64,000 nt of DNA from Candidatus Marinacidobacterales bacterium (GCA_965237955.1 OZ250169.1:6592001-6656000), one strand, 5' to 3'. Positions 19,695 through 30,046 are shown, numbered from the stretch's first letter. Notes: generated from the letters alone by a model not told the origin. Numbers and translations: made by a program.

Positions 19695-20155
19695 GTCACA
19701 TCGCTCGAGATGGTTCGGCGCGCATGGTGGACGTCGGCGACAAAGCCGACACCGAGCGCGAGGCCATCGCTGCCGGCGAAGTGCGGATCGCGCCTGATGC
19801 GTTGAAGCTCGTGCGCTCCGGTAAGACCGCGAAAGGCAATGTGGCGGAAACGGCAAAACTTGCGGGAATCCTGGCGGCGAAAAAAACATCCGAGCTCATA
19901 CCGCTTTGCCATCCGCTCGCCATCGACCATATCGATGTCGACATTAAAGATGTAGGAAACGGGCTCGCCATCGAGGCGCGCGTCCGCTCGCGAGGGCGCA
20001 CCGGCGTCGAGATGGAGGCCTTGACGGCCGTCTCGGTGGCAGCGCTCACCATTTATGACATGGTGAAAGCTGCCGATAAGACGATGGTGATCGAGAACGT
20101 GCGATTGTTGCGCAAACAGGGCGGCAAGAGCGGCCTCTACCAGAGAGACGAGTGA
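19667..20155 (+). CDS. moaC: Cyclic pyranopterin monophosphate synthase
   Basis: ARMVDVGDK, LIPLCHP, TGVEMEALTAV, YDMVKA, KQGGKSG. Confidence 0.96.
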   Translation: MAGRKQPELSHIARDGSARMVDVGDKADTEREAIAAGEVRIAPDALKLVRSGKTAKGNVAETAKLAGILAAKKTSELIPLCHPLAIDHIDVDIKDVGNGLAIEARVRSRGRTGVEMEALTAVSVAALTIYDMVKAADKTMVIENVRLLRKQGGKSGLYQRDE

Positions 20156-20164
20156 CACCGAACC

Positions 20165-22657
20165 GTGGCTAAGAAACTTCCTCGAAGGCCAGGTAGCGCG
20201 AAGGCAATGCCTCCGCCACCGAAAAAAGGACCCAAGCGACCCAGTGGAGCAAGCCGAGCAGGGGGGCCGCCCGCCAAAGCAAAGCGCGCCCAAAGACCCG
20301 CACGCAGGTTGCGACGCTCCGGCGGCTCTTCCGGATCGCTCTTCAAGATGATGTTCTATGCCTTGGCCTTCGTGACACTCATAGCCGGCGGCATCGGAGG
20401 GTATCTCTTTTATCGTGGTCAACAGTCGCTTCCGCTGACCGACGGCGCTCTCAAGCTTCAAGGCCTCACGAGCTCGGTCGAAGTCGTCCGCGACAGCTAC
20501 GGCGTTCCCCATCTAAGCGGTGCGGATGTGCGCGATTTGGCGCGCGCGACCGGCTACGTGCACGCGCAAGATCGCTATTTTCAAATGGAGCTCGCGCGCC
20601 GCGTCGGCTCCGGTCGTTTGGCAGAGTTGTTCGGTGCGGAAGCGATCGCGCACGATCGGGTGTCACGCCAACTCGGTCTCACGCAAGCAGCGCAGTCCGA
20701 GCTCGATCGAGTGTCTTCGGAAGGACGCGAGATCCTCGAAGCCTATGTCGCCGGGGTCAACGCCTACCGCGAGCAGAACCTGGAACAACTCCCTCCCGAG
20801 TTTCAACTCCTCGACCACGTGCCCGCAACCTGGCAAGCCCTCGACAGCCTGACTATCGTCAAGTGGCTCGCGTACATCCTGTCGTCGAACGGGCGCGCGG
20901 AGCTTCTTCGCGGACAGCTCGTGGACGCCGTTGGCATGCAGGCCGCCTACGTGCTCACCGGGCTGGTACCGCCACCGATACAGGAGGAAAGCGCCCTTAC
21001 GTCGACACCGTTTCGCCTCGCATCGGTTGTGACCAAACCCCAAAACGTCCACTTCGGAGCCAGTAACGCTTGGGTCGTTGCGAGTGACCGCTCGGCATCC
21101 CAGAGACCACTTCTCGCCGCCGATCCGCACCTGAGCTTACCGATGCCGTCGTTTTTCTACGAGATCCATCTCAGCGGTGGGGGGCTCGACGTTGCCGGCG
21201 CGAGCATTCCCGGGATGCCGCTCGTCATCTTCGGTCAGAACCAACGGATCGCGTGGGGTATCACGGCTTTGTTCGCGGACGTTCAGGACATCTACCTCGA
21301 GACGATGAACCCGCAGAATCCGCGCCAATACGCGTGGAACGGAGAGTGGGTCGATCTCGACGTCGTGCCCGAGTCGATTCCCGTCAAAGACGCTAAGGCG
21401 GTGACCGAAGAGGTACGGGTGACGCGACACGGTGTCGTAATAGGCGACGCCTCGGACGGGCGTCTTCTTGCGCAGCGATGGGACGCGATCTGGAACGGCG
21501 ACCATGTGACCGCGGTTCTTCGATTGAACCGCGCGGGATCTTGGGAAGAGTTCACCGAAGCCCTTCGCGGCTGGTCGTCTCCCGCACTCTCGTTCGTCTA
21601 CGCCGATGTCGAGGGGAACATCGGTTTCTTTCCTGCCGGCGACATTCCCGTTCGAATAGGGTTCGACGGTGCGGTGCCCGTCGACGGCGGCTCGGGCGAG
21701 TACGAGTGGGAAGGCATCATCCCCCATGACCTCAAGCCGATGATCTTCAACCCGGTCGAAGGCGTCATCGTCAGCGCGAACCACCAGATGTTTCCGAACG
21801 ACACTCCTTATCCGCTCGGCGTCGACACGCTTGCCGAGTTTCGCGCACGGCGCATCTCCGATCTGCTGCAAGCAAGCCGTTCGCTGAGCCTGGACGATTT
21901 CGCCCGCATCCAACAAGACCGCTACGACGTCTCGACCGAGCCGATCCTGCGCTACATCGTTCAGTTGCGACCGGATGAAAACGAGCCCATGCGCGCCATC
22001 CAGATTCTTCGCGACTGGAACGGACAGATGGATGCCGGTCCCGCGCCCGCGATCTACCACGCGGTCTATCGTGAGCTCCTCACGAACACGTTCAGCGACG
22101 AGCTCGGCGAGGAAATCTTCACCGACTTCCTCGCGTTTCTCGAGCTCGGCCGTCTCGGCGGACTGCACGCGATCATCGATGACGAAATGTCTCCCTTCTG
22201 GGATGACAAAAAAACGCCCGAAGTCGAGACGCGCGCGCACATCATCCAACGAAGCCTCGACGGTGCGCTGAATAGTTTGTCGGCGCGTCTCGGAAGCGAT
22301 ATGACCCAGTGGGATTGGGGCCAACTCCACGGAGTCCACTTCACTCACCCGATGGGTCGAGAGCAACCGCTCAGCTGGCTTTTCAGCCGCGGGCCCATTC
22401 CCTTTGGCGGCTCGACGTTCACCGTGGCGAACGCGGTCGTCTCTTTGCAGGAGCCCTACGACACGACGATTGGGACGTCTTTCCGGTTCCTGGCCGACCT
22501 TTCCGATTTGAGTCGGTCACGAACGAGCGTTCCCACCGGCGCGTCCGGCCACCCGTTGAGCCCGCACTATTTCGACCAGAACGCGGGTTGGGCATCCGGC
22601 CAAACTCATCCGCTATTGGGCGCGGCCTCCTCCGGCCGGCTGATCCTGCAGCCCTGA
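20165..22657 (+). CDS. Penicillin acylase family Ntn-hydrolase, membrane anchored
   Basis: RDSYGVPH, GYVHAQDRYFQME, GASNAWVV (beta-chain Ser), DPHL; basic Pro-rich N-tail then a TM helix. Confidence 0.92.
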   Translation: MAKKLPRRPGSAKAMPPPPKKGPKRPSGASRAGGPPAKAKRAQRPARRLRRSGGSSGSLFKMMFYALAFVTLIAGGIGGYLFYRGQQSLPLTDGALKLQGLTSSVEVVRDSYGVPHLSGADVRDLARATGYVHAQDRYFQMELARRVGSGRLAELFGAEAIAHDRVSRQLGLTQAAQSELDRVSSEGREILEAYVAGVNAYREQNLEQLPPEFQLLDHVPATWQALDSLTIVKWLAYILSSNGRAELLRGQLVDAVGMQAAYVLTGLVPPPIQEESALTSTPFRLASVVTKPQNVHFGASNAWVVASDRSASQRPLLAADPHLSLPMPSFFYEIHLSGGGLDVAGASIPGMPLVIFGQNQRIAWGITALFADVQDIYLETMNPQNPRQYAWNGEWVDLDVVPESIPVKDAKAVTEEVRVTRHGVVIGDASDGRLLAQRWDAIWNGDHVTAVLRLNRAGSWEEFTEALRGWSSPALSFVYADVEGNIGFFPAGDIPVRIGFDGAVPVDGGSGEYEWEGIIPHDLKPMIFNPVEGVIVSANHQMFPNDTPYPLGVDTLAEFRARRISDLLQASRSLSLDDFARIQQDRYDVSTEPILRYIVQLRPDENEPMRAIQILRDWNGQMDAGPAPAIYHAVYRELLTNTFSDELGEEIFTDFLAFLELGRLGGLHAIIDDEMSPFWDDKKTPEVETRAHIIQRSLDGALNSLSARLGSDMTQWDWGQLHGVHFTHPMGREQPLSWLFSRGPIPFGGSTFTVANAVVSLQEPYDTTIGTSFRFLADLSDLSRSRTSVPTGASGHPLSPHYFDQNAGWASGQTHPLLGAASSGRLILQP

Positions 22658-22682
22658 TAGCGTTATAATCCTCCCCGGAGCG

Positions 22683-22865
22683 ATGGTTGCGCAACTCCCG
22701 ATCTGTCCCGCGTGTGAGGCCGAGATCGAGATCGACGATCTCGACGTCGATCGCGGCGAGACAATAGGCTGCCCGGAGTGTGGAGTGACGCTGAGCGTCG
22801 TTCGCGTGTCGCCCATCGAGCTCGATATCGCTGATGAAGAAGTGCGCGAGTGGCGCGATAACTAG
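22683..22865 (+). CDS. LysW-like acidic zinc-ribbon small protein
   Basis: CPAC...CPECG..L.V....PIEL pattern; own TATAAT and GGAG; C-terminus EWRDN, not EDWGE. Confidence 0.7.
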   Translation: MVAQLPICPACEAEIEIDDLDVDRGETIGCPECGVTLSVVRVSPIELDIADEEVREWRDN

Positions 22866-22869
22866 GCCG

Positions 22870-23682
22870 ATGACTAGCAAGAACGTGCAGGCGAAACAAG
22901 CGCGGCTCCAATCGCTTCTAGAAGACATGGGCTCCGTGCTCGTGGCCTTCAGCGGAGGTGTCGACAGCTCGTACCTCGCCGTCGAAGCCCATCGCACGTT
23001 GGGCGATCGCGTGTTGGCGGTGACGGGCGAGAGCCCGAGCTACCCTGAGTACCAACGCACGCTCGCGCTCCAAGTGGTCCACCAATTCGAAATCCGCCAT
23101 CGTTTCATCGAAACCGAGGAGATCCACAACGCGTCGTACTTGGCGAACAGCCCCGACCGCTGTTTCCATTGCAAGAACGAGCTGTACACCCGGCTCAAAA
23201 CACTTGCACAAAAGGAGCGCTTTCAAGTGATCGTCGACGGCGCGAACGCTGACGATCTCGGCGACTATCGCCCGGGTCGAAACGCCGCGAAGCTCGCGGG
23301 CGTTCGAAGCCCGCTCGAAGAAGCCGAGCTCACCAAAGCGGAGATCCGCACGTTGTCTCGAGGCCTCGGTCTTCCGACAGCCGACGAGCCGGCGTCCGCT
23401 TGTCTGTCGTCGAGAATCCCCTACCACACGCCCATCACGATCGAGAATCTCTCCACGGTGGAGAAAGGCGAAGCGGTTCTCCGCCGTCTCGGCTTTCGTC
23501 ACATGCGCGTTCGACACCACGACGCGCTCGTGCGCCTGGAGTTCTCGGTAGACGAGCTCCCGCGCGCGTTGTCGGAAGAGATGCGAGCCGAGCTCACGCG
23601 AGAGCTCAAAGCACTCGGCTACAAGTTCGTGACCATCGATTTGGAAGGGTATAGGACTGGTTCACTGAACGAGCTGCTCTAG
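22870..23682 (+). CDS. larE: LarE-family ATP-dependent sulfur transferase
   Basis: PP-loop SGGVDS, RCFHCK, DYRPG, SACLSSRIPY, GYRTGSLN. Confidence 0.9.
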   Translation: MTSKNVQAKQARLQSLLEDMGSVLVAFSGGVDSSYLAVEAHRTLGDRVLAVTGESPSYPEYQRTLALQVVHQFEIRHRFIETEEIHNASYLANSPDRCFHCKNELYTRLKTLAQKERFQVIVDGANADDLGDYRPGRNAAKLAGVRSPLEEAELTKAEIRTLSRGLGLPTADEPASACLSSRIPYHTPITIENLSTVEKGEAVLRRLGFRHMRVRHHDALVRLEFSVDELPRALSEEMRAELTRELKALGYKFVTIDLEGYRTGSLNELL

Positions 23683-23815
23683 ATCAGCCATCAGCCATCA
23701 GCTAGGACGGAGCTGCCCGAGTTTTAGCGAAGGGCTTTCGCCGCTTGCGACACAACCGCACCGACGGAGCGCGAGCGACTCGAGCCGGCTGATGGCCGAT
23801 GGCCGACGGCTGATG
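23682..23815. repeat. Inverted heptamer arrays (CATCAGC)x3 ... (GCYGAYG)x4 bracketing an 85-bp spacer
   Basis: 23682-23702 gatcagc catcagc catcagc; 23788-23815 gctgatg gccgatg gccgacg gctgatg (reverse-complement orientation). Confidence 0.85.
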
Positions 23816-23852
23816 GCCGGACCCGAGCTACAATAAGAATTCATCAAGACCA

Positions 23853-24578
23853 ATGCGCGTTACTTTTTTGGGAACTGGCAACGCTTTCGCTAGTGGGGGG
23901 CGGAATGCCATGGCGATCCTGTTGCGTGGGGACGACTTGGGGGTCTTGCTCGACTGCGGGCCGACGACGCTCGTCGCGCTCAAGAAGCTCGGGCTGTCGC
24001 CGGCGGATGTCGACGTGATTCTTCTATCGCACCACCACGGGGATCACTTCGGTGGTGTTCCTTTCCTGGCGCTTCACGAATGCTACCAAGGATCGAGAAA
24101 AAAGGCATTGCGCGTTCTCGGGCCCGAGGGGACTGGGACCAAAGTAGCGGAGTTGGTGAGTTTGTTTTTTCCCGGCATCGAGGCTTCCTTCCCTCTCGAA
24201 TATCGGGATCTGGCGTCGGACGAACCGTTCACGCTCGGCGCCTTGCGGGCCATGCCTTTCGAAGTCGACCACTACTCGCGTGGCATCGCGTTCGGATATC
24301 GCGTCGAGCTTTCTGGAAAGACGGTCGTTTTTTCCGGCGATACCGCGTGGACCGACGAGCTCGCTCGCCAAAGCTCGGATGCGGACCTCTTCGTGTGCGA
24401 ATGCTCGAGCTTCGACACGCCGATCGACAAACACATGTCGCACCGCGATCTCGAAGACAATCGCGCGCGCCTCACTGCCAAGCGGACGTTGCTCGTGCAC
24501 GCCGGCGACGATGTCCTGGCTCACGAACCAGAGCTTGTGTTCGAGCTCGCCCACGACGGGATGGAGGTGCACCTATGA
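23853..24578 (+). CDS. MBL-fold metallo-hydrolase (RNase Z/BN-like)
   Basis: FLGTGNAF, LLDCG, SHHHGDHFGG, FSGDT. Confidence 0.9.
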   Translation: MRVTFLGTGNAFASGGRNAMAILLRGDDLGVLLDCGPTTLVALKKLGLSPADVDVILLSHHHGDHFGGVPFLALHECYQGSRKKALRVLGPEGTGTKVAELVSLFFPGIEASFPLEYRDLASDEPFTLGALRAMPFEVDHYSRGIAFGYRVELSGKTVVFSGDTAWTDELARQSSDADLFVCECSSFDTPIDKHMSHRDLEDNRARLTAKRTLLVHAGDDVLAHEPELVFELAHDGMEVHL

Positions 24579-25063
24579 TGGGAACGTTGTTGTTGGCTTT
24601 AGCGCTTCTTCAAACACCACCGGCAAACGACGAGACCGTGATCGATATCGACATAAAAGACGCGGATGTTCTCGACGTGCTCCGTCTTCTCGCCGAAGTC
24701 GGCGAGTTCAACCTCATCGCGGATCCCGACGTCTCGTGCAGCTTTACGCTGAAGCTCGAGGCCGTGCCTTGGCCTCAGGTTCTCGACATCGTGTTGCGCA
24801 CCTGTCGCCTCGCTGAAGATCGCATCGGCGACAACGTCGTTCGTGTCGCCACCTCCGAGCAGCTTCGGCGCGAATTAGAGGAGCGGAGAAAATACAACGA
24901 AGAAAAACGGCTAGCGGGTCCGCTGCGGACAACCTATCAGAAGCTCGCCTACGGCCGCGCACGCGATATCGCGCCGATATTGGAGAAGTTTCTATCGCCG
25001 AGGGGCTCCGTCGTCTTCGACGAGCGTACCAACACGCTCATCATTACCGACGTGGCGCGATAG
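24575..25063 (+). CDS. Stand-alone secretin N-terminal (STN/N0-N1, PilQ-like) domain protein
   Basis: Signal peptide; IDIDIKDADVLDVLRLLAE, LKLEAVPWPQVLDIVL, LSPRGSVVFDERTNTLIITD, then stop; no barrel domain. Confidence 0.8.
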   Translation: MMGTLLLALALLQTPPANDETVIDIDIKDADVLDVLRLLAEVGEFNLIADPDVSCSFTLKLEAVPWPQVLDIVLRTCRLAEDRIGDNVVRVATSEQLRRELEERRKYNEEKRLAGPLRTTYQKLAYGRARDIAPILEKFLSPRGSVVFDERTNTLIITDVAR

Positions 25064-25067
25064 AGAA

Positions 25068-25289
25068 TCAGGCCTTCGATTCTTCGTTACCCGCGTTTGC
25101 CTTGTCTTCCGGGAGCTTGTCACTTTCAGTCGAGCCTTTGATGGACTTCTTGAAGTTCTTGATCCCCTCACCGAGCCCGGCACCGAGCTGCGGGAGTTTT
25201 TTGCCCCCGACGATCAGGACGATGATGAACAAGATGATCAGAAGCTCGGTCATTCCCAGCGACCCGATGAAGAGCGGGTGAATCGACAT
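25068..25289 (-). CDS. tatA: Twin-arginine translocase TatA
   Basis: LGMTELLIILFIIVLIVGGKKLPQLGAGLGEGIKNFKK; GAAGGAG RBS. Confidence 0.92.
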   Translation of the reverse strand: MSIHPLFIGSLGMTELLIILFIIVLIVGGKKLPQLGAGLGEGIKNFKKSIKGSTESDKLPEDKANAGNEESKA

Positions 25290-25442
25290 GGCGTTCTCCT
25301 TCGAGCGCACAGGCGCTCGACTCACCCGGTACTATACCACGACCCCAAAACCCCGCCAACGCGGCCGTCGGTCGGGCCGCCGTTAGTAAACGAGACGGGG
25401 AGGCTCGAACACACAAGTGTCGTTAGGGCTCGAATCGTGGTT

Positions 25443-25800
25443 CTAGCCGTCGCGCGACTTTTTGCGGCCGCTCGCCTCGACCTGGCCCGCTTTCGAGGTC
25501 TTTTTTTCTTCCCTACCGGTTTGAAGCGCAGGGATGGACTCAATGAGGCGCCGGATGTCGACGCCCGAAAGACTCTACCACCGCCGGTATCTCAGCCATG
25601 ATCTTGGCGACGTCGCCCGTGAGCTTTGAGGCGCCGGTACCTTCGCTACCGGTGGAAACGAGTGTGATCCGATCCGTCTTGGAAAGTGGCTCGGAGATTG
25701 CCTTGGCGATTTCCGGAAGCGCGGCAAGCAGGATCTGAAGCACCGCTGCCTGGTTGTATTCCTTGAAGGCGTCGGCCCTTTTCCTCATCGCCTCCGCTTC
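25443..25800 (-). pseudogene. C-terminal remnant of a flotillin/SPFH protein
   Basis: EAEAMRKRADAFKEYNQAAVL...LPEIAKAISEPLSKTDRIT...GASKLTGDV; no N-terminal SPFH domain; frameshift near 25565. Confidence 0.8.
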
Positions 25801-25924
25801 CAACCTCGAAGAAACGAAAAAGGGTGGCACTCTATCAAATTCGTTTCGAACTGTCTTCGTCGGTCGGTGGTCAGGTAGTCGTCCGCTTGACGCCTTGCAC
25901 CGCCAAGACCAATGATTTGAGCAG

Positions 25925-26320
25925 ATGTCGCTCTCCGACGACCTTCTGATCCACCCCCGTCGACTTTCGGCGGTGAGGCAGGAGGTCGCTAGCCTCGTCG
26001 CCGAGTTGGCGGCGACCGCCGGCTTTCTCGTCGATGAAGAAGGGACGCCGTTCGCAACCGTGGGTCACATAGAGTTCCGTTTTCCCCACCCGCTGACCAA
26101 CCTCCGCGGGGGCGACGCCCTGCTTAAGACACTCGTCGGTGAGAGCCCCGGTGGACCCGGTGGAAACGAAGAGGGTGAAGGGTCGCGCTACATCGTGGAG
26201 CGCGTTGGCAAGAGAGCGCTTCTTGCTCTGTTGTTGGAATCACCGCTCCGCTCGACCGGACATCGCACGATGCGCCGCCGCATACGGGTAACCGCGAAAG
26301 CGATAGCTCGTCTACTTTGA
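25925..26320 (+). CDS. Divergent roadblock/LC7 (MglB-like) protein
   Basis: GFLVDEEGTPFATVG ... VGKRALLALL ... RRRIR..A..I..LL parallels the MglB pattern FLVDKNGQLI...VGSRVVLVV...RLRIKKA. Confidence 0.55.
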   Translation: MSLSDDLLIHPRRLSAVRQEVASLVAELAATAGFLVDEEGTPFATVGHIEFRFPHPLTNLRGGDALLKTLVGESPGGPGGNEEGEGSRYIVERVGKRALLALLLESPLRSTGHRTMRRRIRVTAKAIARLL

Positions 26321-26356
26321 TCCCTGCATCGAGGCATCGTAGGATGGCCGCGGACG

Positions 26357-26830
26357 ATGGCGAAACCGAAACACGCGATAACACGTATCGAGGAACGCGT
26401 TCGCACGAGCCGGTCACCGAGCGACGTGTTTGCTTTCTTGGATCGTCCCTCCAACGTGAAGCGGGTCACGCCGACGGCAATGGCAGTGTCACTCGTATCC
26501 CACCCGGATGATCTGCGCCTGGGAACGGTTTTCGCTTACCGCTTGAAGCGTTGGCCGCTCGACCTCGTGTGGGACGTCGTGGTGTCCGAATACAGCCCTC
26601 CCGACGGTTTCACCAACGTGAAGGCGCGAGGATTTTTTCCAAAGTGGGCGCACCAGCATGCCATCATCGCGGCCGACAACGGCACCGAGCTACGCGTGTC
26701 GCTCGAGTACGAAGTCCCGCCCGGCATCTACAACACGCTCACGAACAGCTACGTCATACGAGACGCGATGACCGAGCTCGTGCGCGAGCAAACCCGCGCC
26801 ATCGCGGACGCCCTCGAGAGGGGCCAGTGA
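26357..26830 (+). CDS. SRPBCC family protein
   Basis: VFAFLDRPSNVKRVTP, F..W.HQH, LEYEVP. Confidence 0.8.
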   Translation: MAKPKHAITRIEERVRTSRSPSDVFAFLDRPSNVKRVTPTAMAVSLVSHPDDLRLGTVFAYRLKRWPLDLVWDVVVSEYSPPDGFTNVKARGFFPKWAHQHAIIAADNGTELRVSLEYEVPPGIYNTLTNSYVIRDAMTELVREQTRAIADALERGQ

Positions 26831-26836
26831 AGTCCC

Positions 26837-27641
26837 TTAAGCGGCGCTTCCAGTAAACACTCCATCCAAATCAATCTCGCACGCGGACGCGCTGACGAGC
26901 GTCATCGCCTGTTCGCCTCCGAGACCGGCACGCTCCAGGCGCGCACGGACGCGCTGAAGCAGCCGACGGATACGCGCGTACAGCGGGCTTCGCGTCCAAG
27001 CCGAGCGTCTGCGCAATCTGCGGCACCGTTTGCCGATCTCGGTAGCGCATCTCTAGAACGAGCCGATCGTCTCCATCGAGAGAAGCCACCGCTCGCACCA
27101 GCTCGTCCTGAAGTTTGTGCACGAACACGTCACGCTCTCGCCGCTCTATCGGATCGAGCGGGGCGTTCGTCGCCACGCTGCGAAGCTGGTCTTCCGCGAC
27201 AAGCCGCGCACGGTGCCTCACAGGAAGCGTGTACGCCAGCGACAAGAGCTCTTCACGCGAGCAAGTGGAATCGCCGCGCATCGCGATGTGCTCGACCGCT
27301 TCCCCGATCTCGTAGCCGTCGCGATAGACGAGCCGCTCGAGCGCGACCGCGGTGTCGCCGCGGCGCTGAGCTTCCGCCGACGGATGCCACTTGCCCCAAC
27401 GCCCGATTTGATGGTCCAGGTACAACCGGTGGACGACCACGCTCAGGTAAGCAGCGAGCGAACCATGGGACTGATGCTTGCGGAGCCTACCGAAATCGTT
27501 TTCGACCAGCTTCAGCATGACGAACGACCTGAGCTCCTGAAACTCGGTCGGCCCCAATCGCCGGCGAAACGCCACGAATCGCAACGCTCTCTCGATAGCG
27601 TCTTTCGCCTCTTCGAACAGTTTTTCGCCCGACACACCCAT
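26837..27641 (-). CDS. Sigma-70 family RNA polymerase sigma factor; 1-nt frameshift near 26985
   Basis: GGAGG RBS; LKLVENDF..LRK, YLSVVVHRLYLD, DRLVLEMRY, IAQTLG; removing one C restores KPLYARIRRLL. Confidence 0.8.
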
Positions 27642-28024
27642 GACAGCCTCCAGATCTCCCGTCTGTCCCCCTAATAAAGACACGCGCAGAAAGAGGCCGA
27701 AAAAGCTCAAACGGGGAAAGGAAAAGACGCGGAGGGAACTCGGCTCTAAGCTATTGATGTTTAAGCGCTTGTTGGCCTGACAGGGCGTAGAAGCCGTGGT
27801 TGGTGAACAGCCAAATGATATTGCGCTTTTTCCTCGGCTCGTTCGGTTTGGAAAAAGGTACCTGTCCCGTAGGGTCGAGAAACTCATGCGGCTTCCCGAT
27901 AGTAGTGTCGGAGGGGTCCGCCGAGCCGTTCCCGACAGCGAACGTGCCCTTACCTTGGTGATTTCGTTCGTGGTGAAAATAAAAGATATCAGGGGGAACG
28001 AAATGCTGCTGGAAGATAAAGCCC

Positions 28025-28213
28025 ATGCCTGAGACGATCCGATTACTCCCTGAAGACGAACACAATCGCAGGCTCATCGACAACGTCCACCCGTCGAGCT
28101 GGGTCCATCCGGAGCCCGCGCCTATCGAAAACCTCGTGGTCGTCGGAGCGGGCACGGCCGGGCTCGTATCTGCTTTGGGCGCAGCGTCGCTTGGAGCAGT
28201 GCACGTCGAGTGA
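28025..28213 (+). pseudogene. N-terminal remnant of a pyridine nucleotide-disulfide oxidoreductase (mercuric reductase-like)
   Basis: VHPSSWVHPEP...NLVVVGAGTAGLVSALGAASLGA (FAD Rossmann start), then stop. Confidence 0.75.
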
Positions 28214-29885
28214 GCTCTGCCGAGACGCGGACGCGGCTTCTGTGGCCACTCGTCTCTTTGTTCGCCGTCATTGCCTACGTCTACTCCGTAGATGGACTCT
28301 ATATCCCTCACATCGGGGACGAGGCGCCCTACATCGAGATCGCGCGGCTCACAGCCGAAAGCGGCGAATGGCTTCCGCTCCGCACCGCACCCGGGCTCGA
28401 GAACACGAAACCTCCGGCGCTCTTCTGGCTCGGTATCGTCACCACCCGATGGGCCGAGAGCTTTACGCTGTTTCGTCTACGATTTCCGATCGTAGTGTGC
28501 ACCTTTCTCACCGCGGGCCTTACGTTCGTCGTCGCGCGACGGCTCACGCGCGATCTCGAGTGCGGGTATATCGGCGGACTCACGTTTCTTGGGTTTTACT
28601 CGAGCTTTCAGTACGGCCGGCCGTTTCTGACGAACCTTCCTGAAACACTCTTCGTTTTTCTCGCGTTTGCGCTCGTGCTCGTGAGGGGTAAGCATCGTGG
28701 ACGCTACTGGCTTTGGGTGCTCGTCGGACTCTCGCTGGGTGTCGCGTGTCTCTTCAAATCGTTTGCCCTCGTCGCGCCCGTGGGTGTCGCGCTCACCGGG
28801 TATGCGCTCGTCGCCCAGCGTTTCCAATGGCGTACATTCCTGCGTTTCGATGTTCCCAGGATTCTGGTGGCATCTCTCGTCGCGCTCGCGTGCTTCGCGA
28901 TGTGGCCGGCGCTCGATCCGGAACCGGCCGAGATTCTCCGTCACTTCGTGCTCGAGGAGAACGTGGGAAAGCTCGGGGGCGACGGCTACCTGCGGGGTCT
29001 TTTCACCGGGCCGTACCCGCTGCATCGTTTGTGGTTTGGGCATCTGGCGAATGCCGGCTTGTTCGCGCTCCCACTCGTCTACCTCGTCGTCGTCAGCGTG
29101 CGAGATCGCGCGCGCATGAGCGTCGACGAAAAAAGTCTCTGGATTCTCGTGTTGTCCTTTCTCGTTGTCTACAGCGTCCCTGCCCAGCGACAGGAGAACT
29201 ACCTCCTTCCCTCTGTACCGGCGCTCGCGGTTTTGATGGCGATGCGGTGGCGTCATATTGGTAACCGATGGTTTCGCTTGTTCAATCTCCCAGCCATTGC
29301 CGCGCTCGCGGTTTTGATCCCTCTTCTGGTCGCCATGGGTGACGATGTGTTGCCGCCGGGAAGCTACGCCGCCTGGCAGCTGGCCTTACCCGTGCTCGCG
29401 CTCGCCGGCTGGATCGCCGTGACCGTCCGCCCCTCGATGGCGCGCTACGGCTTCCATGCGCTCGTATTCGTGACGTTTCTTGCCGTATCGGGTGCGATCG
29501 CTCCGTTCGAAAGCTCGGCTGGTCGCTTCGAGCCGGCACGGGTCGAGCACTAAGAGGACGGCGAGTCTTCGTGCCCGAGAGCTTCATCCGTCGGCACGAG
29601 CGCCATCGGTTCCTTCTGCCGGGTGCGCGCATAGAAGGTTATGATCCGCTGGATACGAACGCGGCGACCAAACTTCTGGAGGCCGGCCGCATCGTCGTCG
29701 TGCACCGTGGCCTCGGGGAGACCCGCACCGGACCGTTTCGCGTCATGGCACGGCGCCTCGATTTGACGTCGCGACACACGCGTGAGGAAATATGGCGTAT
29801 CGCCTTTCATCGAGAGCTCGACTTGCTCGTTCGCCAGGAGTTGGTGGTGAGGCGGTTTCGACCCGAGCGTGAGCGACAACCGTGA
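28210..29885 (+). CDS. ArnT-like lipid-carrier-dependent glycosyltransferase; 1-nt frameshift near 29547
   Basis: GDEAPYIEIAR, TKPPALFW, multi-TM; adding one G gives VEALRGRRVFVPESF, joining the 29571-29885 ORF. Confidence 0.82.
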
Positions 29886-30046
29886 CTGGTCTTTCTGGGC
29901 GCCTGCCTATGGGGCTACCTGCTCGCCGATGCCGACTCATCAGTGACAACCGCTCGACGTCGGGCTCGAAATCACACGCCAAGGGATCGTCGATGACCCC
30001 ACCGGCAATCTTCGAAATTGACACTCGGCCCAAAGGACAATAAGGG

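Noticed and set aside
22683-22865. Calling the small protein a true lysW
   Set aside because: Lacks the C-terminal EDWGE and has no lysX/lysZ/lysY neighbours
28025-28213. Mercury resistance locus
   Set aside because: Only an N-terminal stub with no redox Cys pair, and no merR/T/P
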